In this document: piece by piece, positions 34,301-48,500 of the stretch
Position numbering within the stretch: position 1 is the stretch's first letter
Layout of the letters: each line of letters starts with the position of its first letter
Assembly (NCBI GenBank): GCA_951406725.2
Contig: OX597814.1
Coordinates: 8,122,001 to 8,186,000, forward strand
Direction of reading: 5' to 3'
DNA length: 64,000 bases
From: Octopus vulgaris
Lineage: Eukaryota
Program-made: the position numbers and the translations under genes
The notes under the pieces: generated by a model
Database searches by the model: none
What the model was told of the DNA's origin: nothing
The model's input: the letters and a program-made list of their open reading frames with translations, nothing else

Positions 34301-34944
34301 GACACACCAAATCGGGAAGAACAGTTTGATGGCCAGCAAGGTTTGTGCAAGTTTTTCGGGTAAGTTCCGAACTCTTAACCTACCCATCTTAAATGAAATG
34401 CATACATCAACACATGACTCACATGATTGCTCACATACAAACCAAAAGAAATCAACCAACATTTTGTATACATAAAGAAAAAAAGAAAAGGAAAACAAAA
34501 CAAAAACGTTCCACATCAATGAAAAACTTTCTGTACGTACGTATGTTTTGTTTTCTCTTTAAAATGTTTTGCCTTCTTGTAAAAATATTTTGCTACCTGT
34601 ATGCTTACACACACTTACAACAGTCACATTCTCATGTGTGCTACCACTCGATCTTTTTCGCCACTGAAAGACACCTTGCCTCTATTAGACCTCTAGTGGG
34701 TCGAGTAATCAATAGACACACATCTCTTTCAACGCGCCAACATATTTCTGCCTGGGCACATATACGTATTGCCCACCATATAGCACACACCAACAGTAAA
34801 CTTTTGCTTCATATTTTTATATCCCGTTTTTTATATATATTCATTTGTCTGTTACAATGTGTAAATTCTTTCTGCATACACGCAAAAAAATAACATTTCC
34901 AATATCGTTCGATCTCTGTGGCTTTCTCACTAGAAGTGGGGTAG

Positions 34945-35504
34945 TGTAAAAACTGACACTTCTTTCCTCCAAGCTTAGATTCGAAACCGAATCCAAGAAT
35001 TCCTGGTCGTCCAAACCATGACGATCAACAGGCACGAAAAAAGGTTTTCTTTGTCCTGTCAAAAATTGATTGATCATCTCCCTTTGACCTGTGACCTCAG
35101 CCATGTCATGCGAATTTCAACTGGACAGGGGCTGACCTATTTAGGTACAACTTCTGCCGCAGTATGTCTGTCTTTCTAGCTGCCAGTATTTGTTATAAAT
35201 ACAGTAGTGAATCGAGAAAGCGAGGCAGACAAACGGGGCAGACAGGCGAAAAAAGATATACGACACGACAGGTTTTGGCAGACCGCAGAGGCTGAGAGAA
35301 ATGTTCGAAGCACCACGGTAGACTACTGTCTAAAATGAACAATGCACACACACAAACATACACAAATGTACTCCATATTTCTAGCAACTCGTTGCAGTTA
35401 CCAACATTTTGTATGTAGTGTACCTATAACGAATCAAATCCTGTAAATAAATTCTTTTCAATTATGGATCGGTTTACGTATTTGTTTATATACACACTCA
35501 ACCA

Positions 35505-35509
<5 letters not shown>
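34945..35509 (+). repeat. Probable 3' LTR of the second Gypsy element
   Basis: Purine-rich AGAAGTGGGGTAG, then TGTA...TACA with AATAAA near 35446; no partner LTR in the window. Confidence 0.55.
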
Positions 35510-35549
<40 letters not shown>

Positions 35550-35670
35550 AATTTAGACTCAAATGAATATGGTACTTGATTTAGATGCACCAGAATACTG
35601 TATGGAGTTGTCCATAAAAATCCGTGGGGTGGTTATAATCAAAATAAGCAACAAGCATGACTCCGGTAAT

Positions 35671-35756
35671 TTGGTACGATCGTTTCGTACTACATCATTT
35701 TATTAAATGTTGTAAGTATTACAACAGTTTTAAGATGCTGTGCACTCATCAGCCAA
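35671..35756 (-). ncRNA. Type I hammerhead ribozyme, left arm
   Basis: Minus strand TTGG-CTGATGA-GTGC...GTAC-GAAAC-GATC-GTA-CCAA. Confidence 0.75.
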
Positions 35757-36217
35757 TTATAGAGGTTTTCCATTAATACAAAAATTTCCATATCAAGTGG
35801 CAACATTATAGAGAAGGTAGATATATAGACAAAGATGTGGATTTAAATTTTAAGAACATTTGAGGCAGTGGAGCTCATCAACTGACTGACTAAGATTCGG
35901 TTGCTCCAGACACTGAAAGATTCTGAGAGGGAAGAATAAGTGAAAAGAGACAATAAAGAATTTTCTAAATATAGAAATGGGTTAGGGTTAGGATTATTTC
36001 TATAATTAGAAAATTCTTTATTGTCTCTTTCCACTTATCCTTCCCTCTCAGAATCTTTCAGTATCTGGAGCAAACGAATCTTAGTCAGTCAGTTGATGGA
36101 CTCCACTACCTCAAAAGTTCTTACAATTTAAATCCAAATCTTTGTCTATATATCTACCTTCTCTATAATGTTGCCACTTGATATGAAAATTTTTGTATTA
36201 ATGGAAAACCTCTATAA

Positions 36218-36303
36218 TTGGCTGATGAGTACTCAGCATTTTAAATCTGTTGTAATACTTACAACATTTAATAAAATGATGTAGTACGAAACGATCGTAC
36301 CAA
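36218..36303 (+). ncRNA. Type I hammerhead ribozyme, right arm, long stem II
   Basis: TTGG-CTGATGA-GTACT...AGTAC-GAAAC-GATC-GTA-CCAA. Confidence 0.8.
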
Positions 36304-36335
36304 ACAAACGGAGTCATTCTTGTTGCTTATTTTGA

Positions 36336-36515
<180 letters not shown>

Positions 36516-39500
36516 GTTGCAGCTTGGTCCTAGCTGACACCTAAGAGACTGTGTTGCTCCTTGGTCCTAGCTGACACATAAGAGACGGTGTTGTTCCTTG
36601 GTCATAGCTGACACGTAAGAGACGGTGTTGCAAATTGGTCATAGCTAACACATAGGAGACGGTGTTGCTCCTTGGTAATAGCTGACACGTAAGAGACGGT
36701 GTTGCAAATTGGTCATAGCTGACACATAGGAGACGGTGTTGCTCCTTGGTAATAGCTGACACGTAAGAGACGGTGTTGCAAATTGGTCATAGCTGACACA
36801 TAGGAGACGGTGTTGCTCCTTGGTCATAGCTGACACTTAAGAGACGGTGTTGCTACTTGGTCATAGCTGACACCTAAGAGACGGTGTTGCTCCTTAGTGT
36901 AGCTGACACATAAGAGACGGTGTGCTCCTTGGTCATAGCTGACACCTAAGAAACGGTGTTGCTCCTTGGTCATAGCTGACACATTAAGAGACGGTGTTGC
37001 GCTTTGGTCCTAGCTGACACCGAAGAAATGGTGTTTCTCCTTGGTCATAGCTGACACATTAAGAGACTGTGTTGCGCTTTGGTCCTAGCTGACACCGAAG
37101 AAATGGTGTTGATACTTGGTCATAGCTGACACCTAAGAGACGGTGTTGCTCCTTGGTCCTAGCTGACACATAAGAGACAGTGTTGCTCCTTCGTCATAGA
37201 TGACACCTAAGAGACGGCGTTGCTCCTTGGTCATTGAGGACACCTAAGAGACGGTGTTGCACCTTGGTCTTAGCTGACACCGAAGAGACGGTGTTGGTTC
37301 TTGGTCCTAGCGGACACTTAAGAGACGGTGTTGCTCCTTGGTCTTGGCTGCCACCTAAGAAACGGTGTTGTTCCTTGGTCATAGCTGACACCTAAGAGAC
37401 GGTGTTGCTCCTTGGTCATAGCTGACACATAAGAGGCGGTGTTGCTCCTTGGTTATAGCTGACACCTAAGAGTCGGTGTTGCTCCTTGATCATAGCTGAC
37501 ACATAGGAGACAGTGTTGCTCCTTGGTCATAGCTGACACATAAGAAACGGTGTTGTTCCTTGGTCATAGCTGACACCTAACAAACGGTGTTGTTCCTTGG
37601 TCATAGCTGACGCCTAAGAGACAGTTTTGCACCTTGGTCATAGCTGACACATAAGAGACGGCATTGCTCCTTGGTCATAGCTAACACCTAAGAGACGGTG
37701 TTGCTCTTTGGTCATAGCTGACACATTAGAGACAGTGTTGCTCCTTGGTCATAGCTGACACATAAGAAACGGTGTTGTTCCTTGGTCATACCTGACACCT
37801 AAGAAACGGTTTTGTTCCTTGGTCATAGCTGCCACCTAAGAGACGGTGTTGCTCCTTGGTCATAGCTGACATTTAAGAGACGGTGTTGCTCCTTGGTCCC
37901 TGCTGACTCCTAAGAGACGGTGTTGCTCCTTGGTCATAGCTGACATGTAAGATACGGTGTTGCTCCTTGATCATAGCTGACACATAGGAGACACTGTTGC
38001 TCCTTCGTCATAGCTGACACATTAGATACGGTGTTGTTCCTTGGTCAAAGCTGACACCTAAGAAACGGTGTTGTTCCTTGGTCATAGCTGACACCTTAGT
38101 GACGGTGTTGCTCCTTGGTCCTGTCTGACACTTAAGAGACGGTGTTGCTCCATGATCATAGCTGACACATAGCAGACATTGTTGCTCCTTGGTCATAGCC
38201 GACACATAAGAAACTGTCTTATTCCTTGGTCATAGCTGACACCGAAGAGACGGTGATGCTCCTTGGTCATAGCTGACACCTAAGAGACGGTGTTGCTCCT
38301 TGCTCATAGCTGACACCTAAGAGACAGTGTTGCTCCTTGGTCCTAGCTGATACCTAAGAAACGGTGTTGTTCCTTGGGCTTTCTGACACCTAAGAGACAG
38401 TGTTGCTCCTTGCACCTAGCTGAGACCTAAGAGAGGGCGTTGCTACTTAGTCATTGCTGACAACTAAGAGACGGTGTTGCTCCTTGGTCGTGGCTGACAC
38501 CGAAGAGACGGTGTTGCTTCTTGGTCCTAGCTGACACTTAAGAGACGGTGTTGCTCCATAGTCTTGGCTGCCACCTAAGAGACGGTGTTGTTCCTTGGTT
38601 ATAGCTGACACCTAAGAGACGGTGTTGCTCCTTGGTCATAGCTGACACATAAGAGGCGTTGTTGCTCCTTGTTATAGCTGACACATAAGAGACGGTGTTG
38701 CTCCTTGGTCCTAGATGACTCCTAAGAGACGGTGTTGCTCCTTGGTCATAGCTGACACCTAAGAAACGGTGTTGCTCCCTGGTCCTAGCTGACATGTAGG
38801 AGACGGTGTTGCTCCTTGATCATAGCTGACACATAGGAGACAGTGTTGCTCCTTGGTCATATCTGACACATAAGAAACGGTGTTGTTCCTTGGTCATAGC
38901 TGACACCGAAGAATCGGTGTTGTTCCTTGGTCATAGCTGACACATAAGAGACGGTGTTGTTCGTTGGTAATTGCTGACACATAAGAGACGGTGTTGCTCC
39001 TTGCTCATAGCTGACACCTAAGAGACGGTGTTGCACCTTGGTCATAGTTGACTCCTTAGAGACGGTGTTGCTCCTTGGTCCTAGCGGACTCATAAGAGAC
39101 GGTGTTGCTCCTTGGTCATAGCTGACACCTAAGAAACGGTGTTGCTCCTTAGTCCTAGCTGACACATAAGAGACAGTGTTGCTCTTTGGTCATAGCTGAC
39201 ACCTAAGAGACGGCGTTGCTCCTTGGTCATTGCTGACACCTAAGAGACGGTGTTGCTCGTTGGTCTTAGCTGACACCGAAGAGACGGTGTTGCTTCTTCG
39301 TCCTAGCTGACACTTAAGGGACGGCGTTGCTTCTTGGTCTTGGCTGCCACCTAAGAGACGGTGTTGTTCCTTGGTCATAGCTGACACATAAGAGACGGTG
39401 TCGCTCCTTGGTCATAGCTGACACATAAGAGACGGTGTTGCTCCTTGGTCCTAGCTGACTCCTAAGAGACGGTGTTGCTCCTTGGTCATAGCTGACACCT

Positions 39501-42500
39501 AAGGAACTGTGTTGCTCTTTGGTCCTAGCTGACATGTAAGATACGGTGTTGCTCCTTGATCATAGCTGACACATAGGAGACAGTGTTGCTCCTTTGTCAC
39601 AGCTGACACTTTAGAAACGTTGTTGTTCCTTGGTCATAGCTGACACCTAAGAAACGGTGTTGTTACTTGGTCATAGCTGACACCTAAGTGACGGTGTTGC
39701 TCCTTGGTCCTATCTGACACCTAAGAGACGGTGTTGTTCCTTGGTCATAGCTGACACATAAGAGACGGTGTTGCTCCTTGGTCATAGCTGACACCTAAGA
39801 GACGGTGTTGCTCCTTGGTCATAGCTGACACATAAGAGACGGTGTTGCTTCTTGGTCATAGCTGACACATAAGGGAAGATGATGCTCCTTGGTCATAGCT
39901 GAAACTTAAGAGACGGTGTTGCTCCTTGGTCCTAGCGGACTCATAAGAGACAGTGTTGCTCCTTGGTCATAGCTGACACCTAAGAAACGGTGTTGCTGCT
40001 TGGTCCTAGCTGACATGTAAGAGACGGTGTTGCTCCATGATCATAGCTGACACATAGCAGACATTGTTGCTCCTTGGTCATAGCTGACACATAAGAAACT
40101 GTCTTATTCCTTGGTCATAGCTGACACCGAAGAGACGGTGATGCTCCTTGGTCATAGCTGACACCTAAGAGACGGTGTTGCTCCTTGCTCATAGCTGACA
40201 CCTAAGAGACAGTGTTGCTCCTTGGTCCTAGCTGATACCTAAGAAACGGTGTTGTTCCTTGGGCTTTCTGACACCTAAGAGACAGTGTTGCTCCTTGCAC
40301 CTAGCTGAGACCTAAGAGACGGCGTTGCTACTTAGTCATTGCTGACAACTAAGAGTCGGTGTTGCTCATTGGTCTTAGCTGACACCGAAGAGACGGTGTT
40401 GCTTCTTGGTCCTAGCTGACACTTAAGAGACGGTGTTGCTCCATAGTCTTGGCTGCCACCTAAGAGACGGTGTTGTTCCTTGGTTATAGCTAACACCTAA
40501 GAGACGGTGTTGCTCCTTGGTCATAGCTGACACATAAGAGGCGTTGTTGCTCCTTGTTATAGCTGACACATAGGAGACGGTGTTGCTCCTTGGTCCTAGA
40601 TGACTCCTAAGAGACGGTGTTGCTCCTTGGTCATAGCTGACACCTAAGAAACGGTGTTGCTCCCTGGTCCTAGCTGACATGTAGGAGACGGTGTTGCTCC
40701 TTGATCATAGCTGACACATAGGAGACAGTGTTGCTCCTTGGTCATATCTGACACATAAGAAACGGTGTTGTTCCTTGGTCATAGCTGACACCTAAGAATC
40801 GGTGTGGTTCCTTGGTCATAGCTGACACATAAGAGACGGTGTTGTTCGTTGGTAATTGCTGACACATAAGAGACGGTGTTGCTCCTTGCACATAGCTGAC
40901 ACCTAAGAGACGGTGTTGCACCTTGGTCATAGTTGACACCTTAGAGACAGTGTTGCTCCTTGGTAATAGCTGACACGTAAGAAACAGTGTTGTTCCTTGG
41001 TCATAGCTGACACCTAAGAAACGGTGTTGCTCCTTAGTCCTAGCTGACACATAAGAGACAGTGTTGCTCCTTGGTCATAGCTGACACCGAAGAGACGGCG
41101 TTGCTCCTTGGTCATTGCTGACACCTAAGAGACGGTGTTGCTCGTTGGTCTTAGCTGACACCGAAGAGACGGTGTTGCTTCTTCGTCCTAGCTGACACTT
41201 AAGGGACGGTGTTGCTTCTTGGTCTTGGCTGCCACCTAAGAGACGGTGTTGTTCCTTGGTCATAGCTGACACCTAAGAGACGGTGTTGCTCCTTGGTCAT
41301 AGCTGACACATAAGAGACGGTGTTGCTCCTTGGTCATAGCTGACACATAAGAGACGGTGTTGCTCCTTTGTCCTAGCTGACTCCTAAGAGATGGTGTTGC
41401 TCCTTGGTCATAGCTGACACATAGGAGACAGTGTTGCTCCTTTGTCACAGCTGACACATTAGAAACGTGTTGTTCCTTGGTCATAGCTGACACCTAAGAA
41501 ACGGTGTTGTTACTTGGTCATAGCTGACACCTAAGTGACGGTGTTGCTCCTTGGTCCTATCTGACACCTAAGAGACGGTGTTGTTCCTTGGTCATAGCTG
41601 ACACATAAGAGACGGTGTTGCACCTTGGTCATAGCAAACACATAAAAGACGGTGTTGCTCCTTGGTCCTAGCTGACACATGAGAGACGGTGTTGCTCCTT
41701 GGTCATAGCTGACACATAAGGGAAGATGATGCTCCTTGGTCATAGCTGAAACATAGGAGACGGTGTTGCTCCTTGGTCATAGCTGATACTTAAGAGACAG
41801 TGTTGCTCCTTGGTAATAGCTGACACCTAAAAGACGGTGATGCCTCTTGGTCCTAGCTGACATGTAAGAGACGGTGTTGCTCCATGATCATAGCTGAAAC
41901 ATAGGAGAGAGTGTTGTTCCTTGGTCATAGCTGACACATAAGAAACGGTCTTTTTAGTTGGTCATAGCTGACACCGATGACACGGTGTTGCTCCTTGGTC
42001 CTAGCTGACACCTAAGAGACGGTGTTGCTCCTTGGTCATAGCTGACATCTAAGAGACAGTGTTGCTCCTTGGTCATAGGTGACACCTAAGAAACGGTGTT
42101 GTTCCTTGGGCTTTCTGACACATAAGAGACGGTGTTGCTCCTTGCACCTAGCTGACACCTAAGAGACGGTGTTGCTCCTTGGTAATAGCTGACACCCAAG
42201 AAACGGTGTTGCTCCTTGGTCCTAGCTGACATGTAAGAGACGGTGTTGCTCCATGATCATAGCTGAAACATAGGAGACGGTGTTGCTCCTTGGTCATAGC
42301 TGACACATAAGAAACGGTCTTTTGCTAGTTGGTCATAGCTGACACCGAAGACACGGTGTTGCTCCTTGGTCCTAGCTGACACCTAAGAGACGGTGTTGCT
42401 CCTTGGTCATAGCTGACACGTAAGAGACAGTGTTGCTCCTTGGTCATAGCTGACACCTAAGAAACGGTGATGTTCCTTGGGCTTTCTGACACATAAGAGA

Positions 42501-45500
42501 CGTGTTGCTCCTTGCTCCTAGCTGACACCTAAGAGACGGTGTTGCTCCTTGGTAATAGCTGACACCCAAGAAACGGTGTTGCTCCTTGGTCCTAGCTGAC
42601 ATGTAAGAGACGGTGTTGCTCCATGATCATAGCTGAAACATAGGAGACAGTGTTGCTCCTTGGTCATAGCTGACACATAAGAAACGGTCTTTTTACTTGG
42701 TCATAGCTGATACCGAAGACACGGTGATGCTCCTTGGTCCTAGCTGAGACCTAAGAGACGGTGTTGCTCCTTGGTCATAGCTGACATCTAAGAGACAGTG
42801 TTGCTCCTTGGTCATAGCTGACACCGAAGAAACGGGGATGTTCCTTGGGCTTTCTGACACATAAGAGACGGTGTTGCTCCTTGCTCCTAGCTGACACCTA
42901 AGTGAGGCGTTGCTCCTTGGTCATTGCTGACACCTAAGAGACGGTGTTGCTCCTTGGTAATAGCTGACACATAAGAGGCGGTGTTTCTCCTTTGTTATAG
43001 CTGACACGTAAGACAAGGTGTTGCTCCTTGGTCCTAGCTGACTCCTAATAGACGGTGTTGCTCCTTGGTCTTAGCTGACACCGAAGAGAGGGAGTTGCGT
43101 CTTGGTCCTAGCTGACACTTTAGAGATGGTGTTGATCCTTGGTCATAGCTGACACCTAAGAGACGGTGTTGCTCCTTGGTAATAGCTGACACATAAGAGG
43201 CGGTGTTTCTCCTTTGTTATAGCTGACACGTAAGAGAAGGTGTTGCTCCTTGGTCCTAGCTGACTCCTAATAGACGGTGTTGCTCCTTGGTCTTAGCTGA
43301 CACCTAAGAAACGATATTGCTCCTTTGTCCTAGCTGACATGTAAGAGACGGTGTTGCTCCTTGATCATAGCTGACACGTAGGAGACAGTGTTACTCCTTG
43401 GTCATAGCTCACACATAAGAAACGGTGTTTTTCCTTGGTCATAGCTGACACCTAAGAAACGGTGTGGTTCCTTGGTCATAGCTGACACCTAAGAGACGGT
43501 ATTGCTCCTTGGTCCTAGCTCACACATAAGAGACAGTGTTATTCCTTGCTCGTAGCTGACACCTAACAGACGGCGTTGCTCCTTGGTCATTGCTGACACA
43601 TAAGAGACGGTGTTCCTCCTTGTTCTTAGCTGACACCGAAGAGACGGTGTTGCTACTTGGTCATAGCTGACACCTAAGAGACTGTGTTGTTCCTTGGTCA
43701 TAGCTGACACCCAAGAGACGGTGTTGTTCCTTGGTCCTAATTGGCACCTAAGAGGCGGTGTTGCTCCTTGGTGATAGCTAACACCTAAGAGACGGTGTTG
43801 CTCCTTGGTCATAGCTGACAATTAAGTGACGGTGTTGCTCCTTGGTCATAGCTGACAATTAAGAGACGGTGTTGCTCCTTGGTCATAGCGGACAGCTACG
43901 AGACGGTGTTGTTCCTTGGTCATTGCTGACACCCAAGAGAAGGTGTTGTTCCTTGGTCCTAGTTGGCACCTAAGAGACGGTGTTGCCCCTTGGTGATAGC
44001 TAACACCTAAGAAACGGTGTTTCTCCTTGGTCCTAGCTGAGACCTAAGAGACGGTGTTGCTCATTGGTCATAGCTGACACGTAAGAAACGGTGTTTCTCC
44101 TTGGTCCTAGCTGAGACATAAGAGACGGTGTTGCTCCTTGGTCATAGCTGACACCTAAGAAACGGTGTTGCTCCTTGGTCATAGCTGACACCTAAGAGAC
44201 GGTGTTGCTACTTGGTAATAGCTGACACATTAAGAGACGGTGTTGCGCTTTGGTCCTTGCTGACAGCTAAGAGACGGTGTTGCTCCTTGATCCTAGCTGA
44301 CACATAAGAGGCGGTGTTGCTCCTTGATCATAGCTGACACCTAAGACACGGTGTTGCTCCTTGGTCCTAGCTTACGCCTAAGAGAAGGTGTTGCTCCTTG
44401 GTCATAGCTGACACCTAAGAAACGGTGTTGTTCCTTGGTCATAACTGACACCTAAAAGACGGTGTTGCTCCTTGGTCAAAGCTGAAACGCAAGTGACGTT
44501 GTTGCTACTTGCTCCTAGCTGACACCTAAGAGACGGTGTTGCTACTTGGTCCTAGCTGACACCTAAGAGACGGTGTTGTTCCTTGGTCATAGCTGACACA
44601 TTAAGAGACGGTGTTGCTGATTGGTCATAGCTGACACAAAAGAGACAGTGTTGCTCCTTGGTCATAGCTGACACCTAAGAAACGGAGTTGTACCCTGGTC
44701 ATAGCTGATACCCAAGAGACGGTGTTGTGCTTTGAACCTAGCTGACACCTCAGAGACGGCGTTGCTCCTTGGTCATAGCTAACACATAACAGACGGTGTT
44801 GCTCCTTGGTCATAGCAAACACATAAAAGAAGTGTTGCTCCTTGGTCATAGCTGACACATAAGAGACGGTGTTGCTCCTTGGTCATAGCTGACACTTAAG
44901 AAACGGTGTTGCTCCATGGTCATAGCTAACACACAAGAGACGGTGTTGCTCCTTGGTCATAGCTGATTCTTAAGAGACAGTGTTGCTCCTTGGTCATTGC
45001 TGACACCTAAAAGACGGTGTTGCTCCTGGGTCATAGCTGACACCTTAGAAACGATGTTGTTCCTTGGGCTTTCTAAAACCTAAGAGACGGTGTTTCTTAT
45101 TGGTCATAGCTGACACATAAGAGACGGTGTTGCTCCTTGGTCATAGCTGACACATAAGAGACGGTGTTGCTCCTTGGTCATAGCAGACACCTAAGAGAAG
45201 GTGTTGTTCCTTGGTCATAGCTGACACCTAAGAGACAGTGTTGCTCCTTGGTCCTAGCTGAAACCTAAGAAACGGTGTTGTTCCTTGGGCTTTCTGACAC
45301 CTAAGAGACGGTGTTGTTCCTTGCTCCTAGCTGAAACCTAAGAAACGGTGTTGTTCCTTGGGCTTTCTGACACCTAAGAGACGGTGTTGCTCCTTGCTCC
45401 TAGCTGACACCTAAGAGACGGCGTTGCTCCTTGGTCATTGCTGACACCTAAGAGATGGTGTTGCTCCTTGGTCTTCGTCCTAGCTGACACTTAAGGGACG

Positions 45501-48500
45501 GTGTTGCTTCTTGGTCTTGGCTGCCACCTAAGAGACGGTGTGGTTCCTTGGTCATAGCTGACACCTAAGAGGCGGTGTTGCTCCTTGGTCATAGCTGACA
45601 CATAAGAGACGGTGTTGCTCCTTCGTCATAGCTGACACATAAGAGACGGTGTTGCTCCTTGGTCCTAGCTGACTCCTAAGAAACTGTGTTGCTGTTTGGT
45701 CCTAGCTTACATGTAAGAGACGGCGTTCCTCCTTGGTCATTGCTGACACCTAAGAGACGGTGTTGCTCCTTGGTCTTCGTCCTAGCTGACACTTAAGGGA
45801 CGGTGTTGCTTCTTGGTCTTGGCTGCCACCTAAGAGACGGTGTGGTTCCTTGGTCATAGCTGAAACCTAAGAAACGGTGTTGTTACTTGGTCATAGCTGA
45901 CACCTAAGTGACGGTGTTGCTCCTTGGTCATAGCTGACACATAAGAGACGGTGTTGCTCCTTGGTCAGAGCAAACACATAAAAGACGGTGTTGCTCCTTG
46001 GTCAGAGCTGACACATAAGAGACGGTGTTGCTCCTTGGTCATAGCTGACACATAAGGGACGGTGATGCACCTTTGTCATAGCTAAAACTTAAGAGACGGT
46101 GTTGCTCCTTGGTCATAGCTGATACTTAAGAGACAGTGTATCTCCTAGGTCATAACTGCCACCTAAAAGATGGTGATGCCTCTTGGTCATAGCTGACACC
46201 TATGAAACGGTGTTGTTCCTTGGGCTTTCTAACACCTAAGAGACGGTGTATCTTCTTGGTCCTAGCTACCAACTAAGAGACGCTGTTGTTATTTGGTCAT
46301 AGATAACAACTAAGAGATGGTGTTGCTCGTTGGTCATAGCTGACGCTTAAGAGACGGTGTTGCTCCTTGGTCATAGCTGAAACATAAGAGACGGTGTTGC
46401 TCCTTGGTCATAGCAGACACCTAAGTGAAGGTGTTGTTCCTTGGTCATAGCTGACACCTAAGAGACGGTGTTGCTCCTTGATCATAGCTGACACCTAAGA
46501 GACAGTGTTGCTCCTTGGTCCTAGCTGAAACCTAAGAAACGGTGTTGTTCCTTGGGCTTTCTGACACCTAAGAGACGGTGTTGTTCCTTGCTTCTAGCTG
46601 ACACCTAAGAGACGGCGTTGTTCCTTGGTCATTGCTGACACCTAAGAGGCGGTGTTGCTCCTTGGTCTTCGCTGACACCGAAGAGACGGTGTGGCTTCTT
46701 GGTCCTAGCTGACACTTAAGAGAAGGTGTTGCTCCATGGTCTTGGCTGCCACCTAAGAGACGGTGTTGTTCCTTGGTCATTGCTGACACCTAAGAGACGG
46801 TGTTGCTCCTTTGTCATAGCTGACACATAAGAGGCGTTGTTGCTCCTTTGTTATAGCTGACTCCAAAGAGACTGTGCTGCTCCTTGGTCGTAGCTGACAC
46901 CTAAGAAACGGTGTTGCTCCTTGGTCCCAGCTGACATGTAGGAGACGGTGCTGCTCCGTGATCGTAGCTGACACATAGGAGACAGTGTTGCACCTTCGTC
47001 ATATCTAACACATCAGAAACGGTGTTGTTCCTTGGTCATAGCTGACACCTAAGAAACGGTGTGGTTCCTTTGTCATAGCTGACACCTAAGAGACGGTGGT
47101 GCTCGTTGGTCATTGCTGACACATAAAGGACGGTGTTGCTCCTTGGTCATAGCTGACACCTAAGAGACGGTGTTGCTCCTTGGTCATAGCTGACACCTTA
47201 GAGACAGTGTTGCTCCTTGGTCCTAGCTGACTCCTAAGAGACGGTGTTGCTCCTTGGTCATAGCAAACATATAAAAGACGGTGTTGCTCCTTGGGCATAG
47301 TTGACACATAAGAGACGGTGTTGCTCCTTGGTCATAGCTGACATATAAGGGACGGTTTGCACCTTGGTCATAGCTGAAACTTAAGAGACAGTGTTGCTCC
47401 TTGGTCATAGCTGACACCTAAAAGACGGTGATGCCTCTTGGTCATAGTTGACACCTATGAAACGGTGTTGCTCATTGGTCACAGCTGACACCTAAGAGAC
47501 TGTGTTGCTCCTCGGTCCTAGCTGACACCTAAGAGACGGTGTTGCTCCCTGGTCATAGCTGACATATAAGAGACGTTGTTGCTCCTTGGTCCTAGCTGAC
47601 ACCTAAGAGTCGGTGTTGCTCCTTTGTCCTAGCTGTTACCTAAGAGACGGTGTTTCTCCATGGTCATAGATGACACCTAAGAGACGGTGTTGCTCCTTGG
47701 TCATAGCTGACACCTAAGATACTGTGTTGCTCCTTGGTCATAGCTGACACATAAGAGGCTGTGTTGCACATTGGTCATAGCTGACACCTAAGAGACGGTG
47801 TTGCTCCTTGGTCATTGCTGACACATAAGAGACGGTGTTCCTCCTTGGTCTTAGCTGACACCGAAGAGACGGGGTTGCTCCTTGGTCATATCTGACTCCT
47901 AAGAGACGGTGTTGTTCCTTGGTCATAGCTGACACCCAAGAGACGGTGTTGTTCCTTGGTCCTAGTTGGCACCTAAGAGACGGTGTGGCTCCTTGGTGAT
48001 AGCTAACACCTAAGCGACGGTGTTGCTCCTTGGTCATAGCTGACAATTAAGAGACGGTGTTGTTCCTTGGTCATAGCTGACACCTAACAGACGGTGTTGC
48101 TCCTTGCTCATAGCTGACACATTAGAGACGGTGTTGCTCCTTGGTCATCGCTGACACATGAGATATGGTGTTGCTCCTTGGTCCTAGCTGACTCTTAAGA
48201 GAAGGTGTTGCTCCTTGGTCATAGCTGACACCTCAGAAACGGTGTTGCTCCTTGGTCCTAGCTGACATGTAAGATACGGTGTTGCTACTTGGTCATAGCT
48301 AGCACCTAAGAAACGGTGTTTCTCCTTGGTCCTAGCTGAGACATAAGAGACGGTGTTGCTCCTTGGTCATAGCTGACACCTAAGAAACGGTGTTTCTCCT
48401 TGGTCCTAGCTGAGACCTAAGAGACTGTGTTGCTACTTGGTCCTAGCTGACACCTAAGAGACGGTGTTGCGCTTTGGTCCTTGCTGACACCTAAGGGACG

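Noticed and set aside
34214-34893. Extra ORF or env gene downstream of the second Gypsy pol
   Set aside because: Low-complexity translations with no recognisable motif; most likely 3' non-coding sequence
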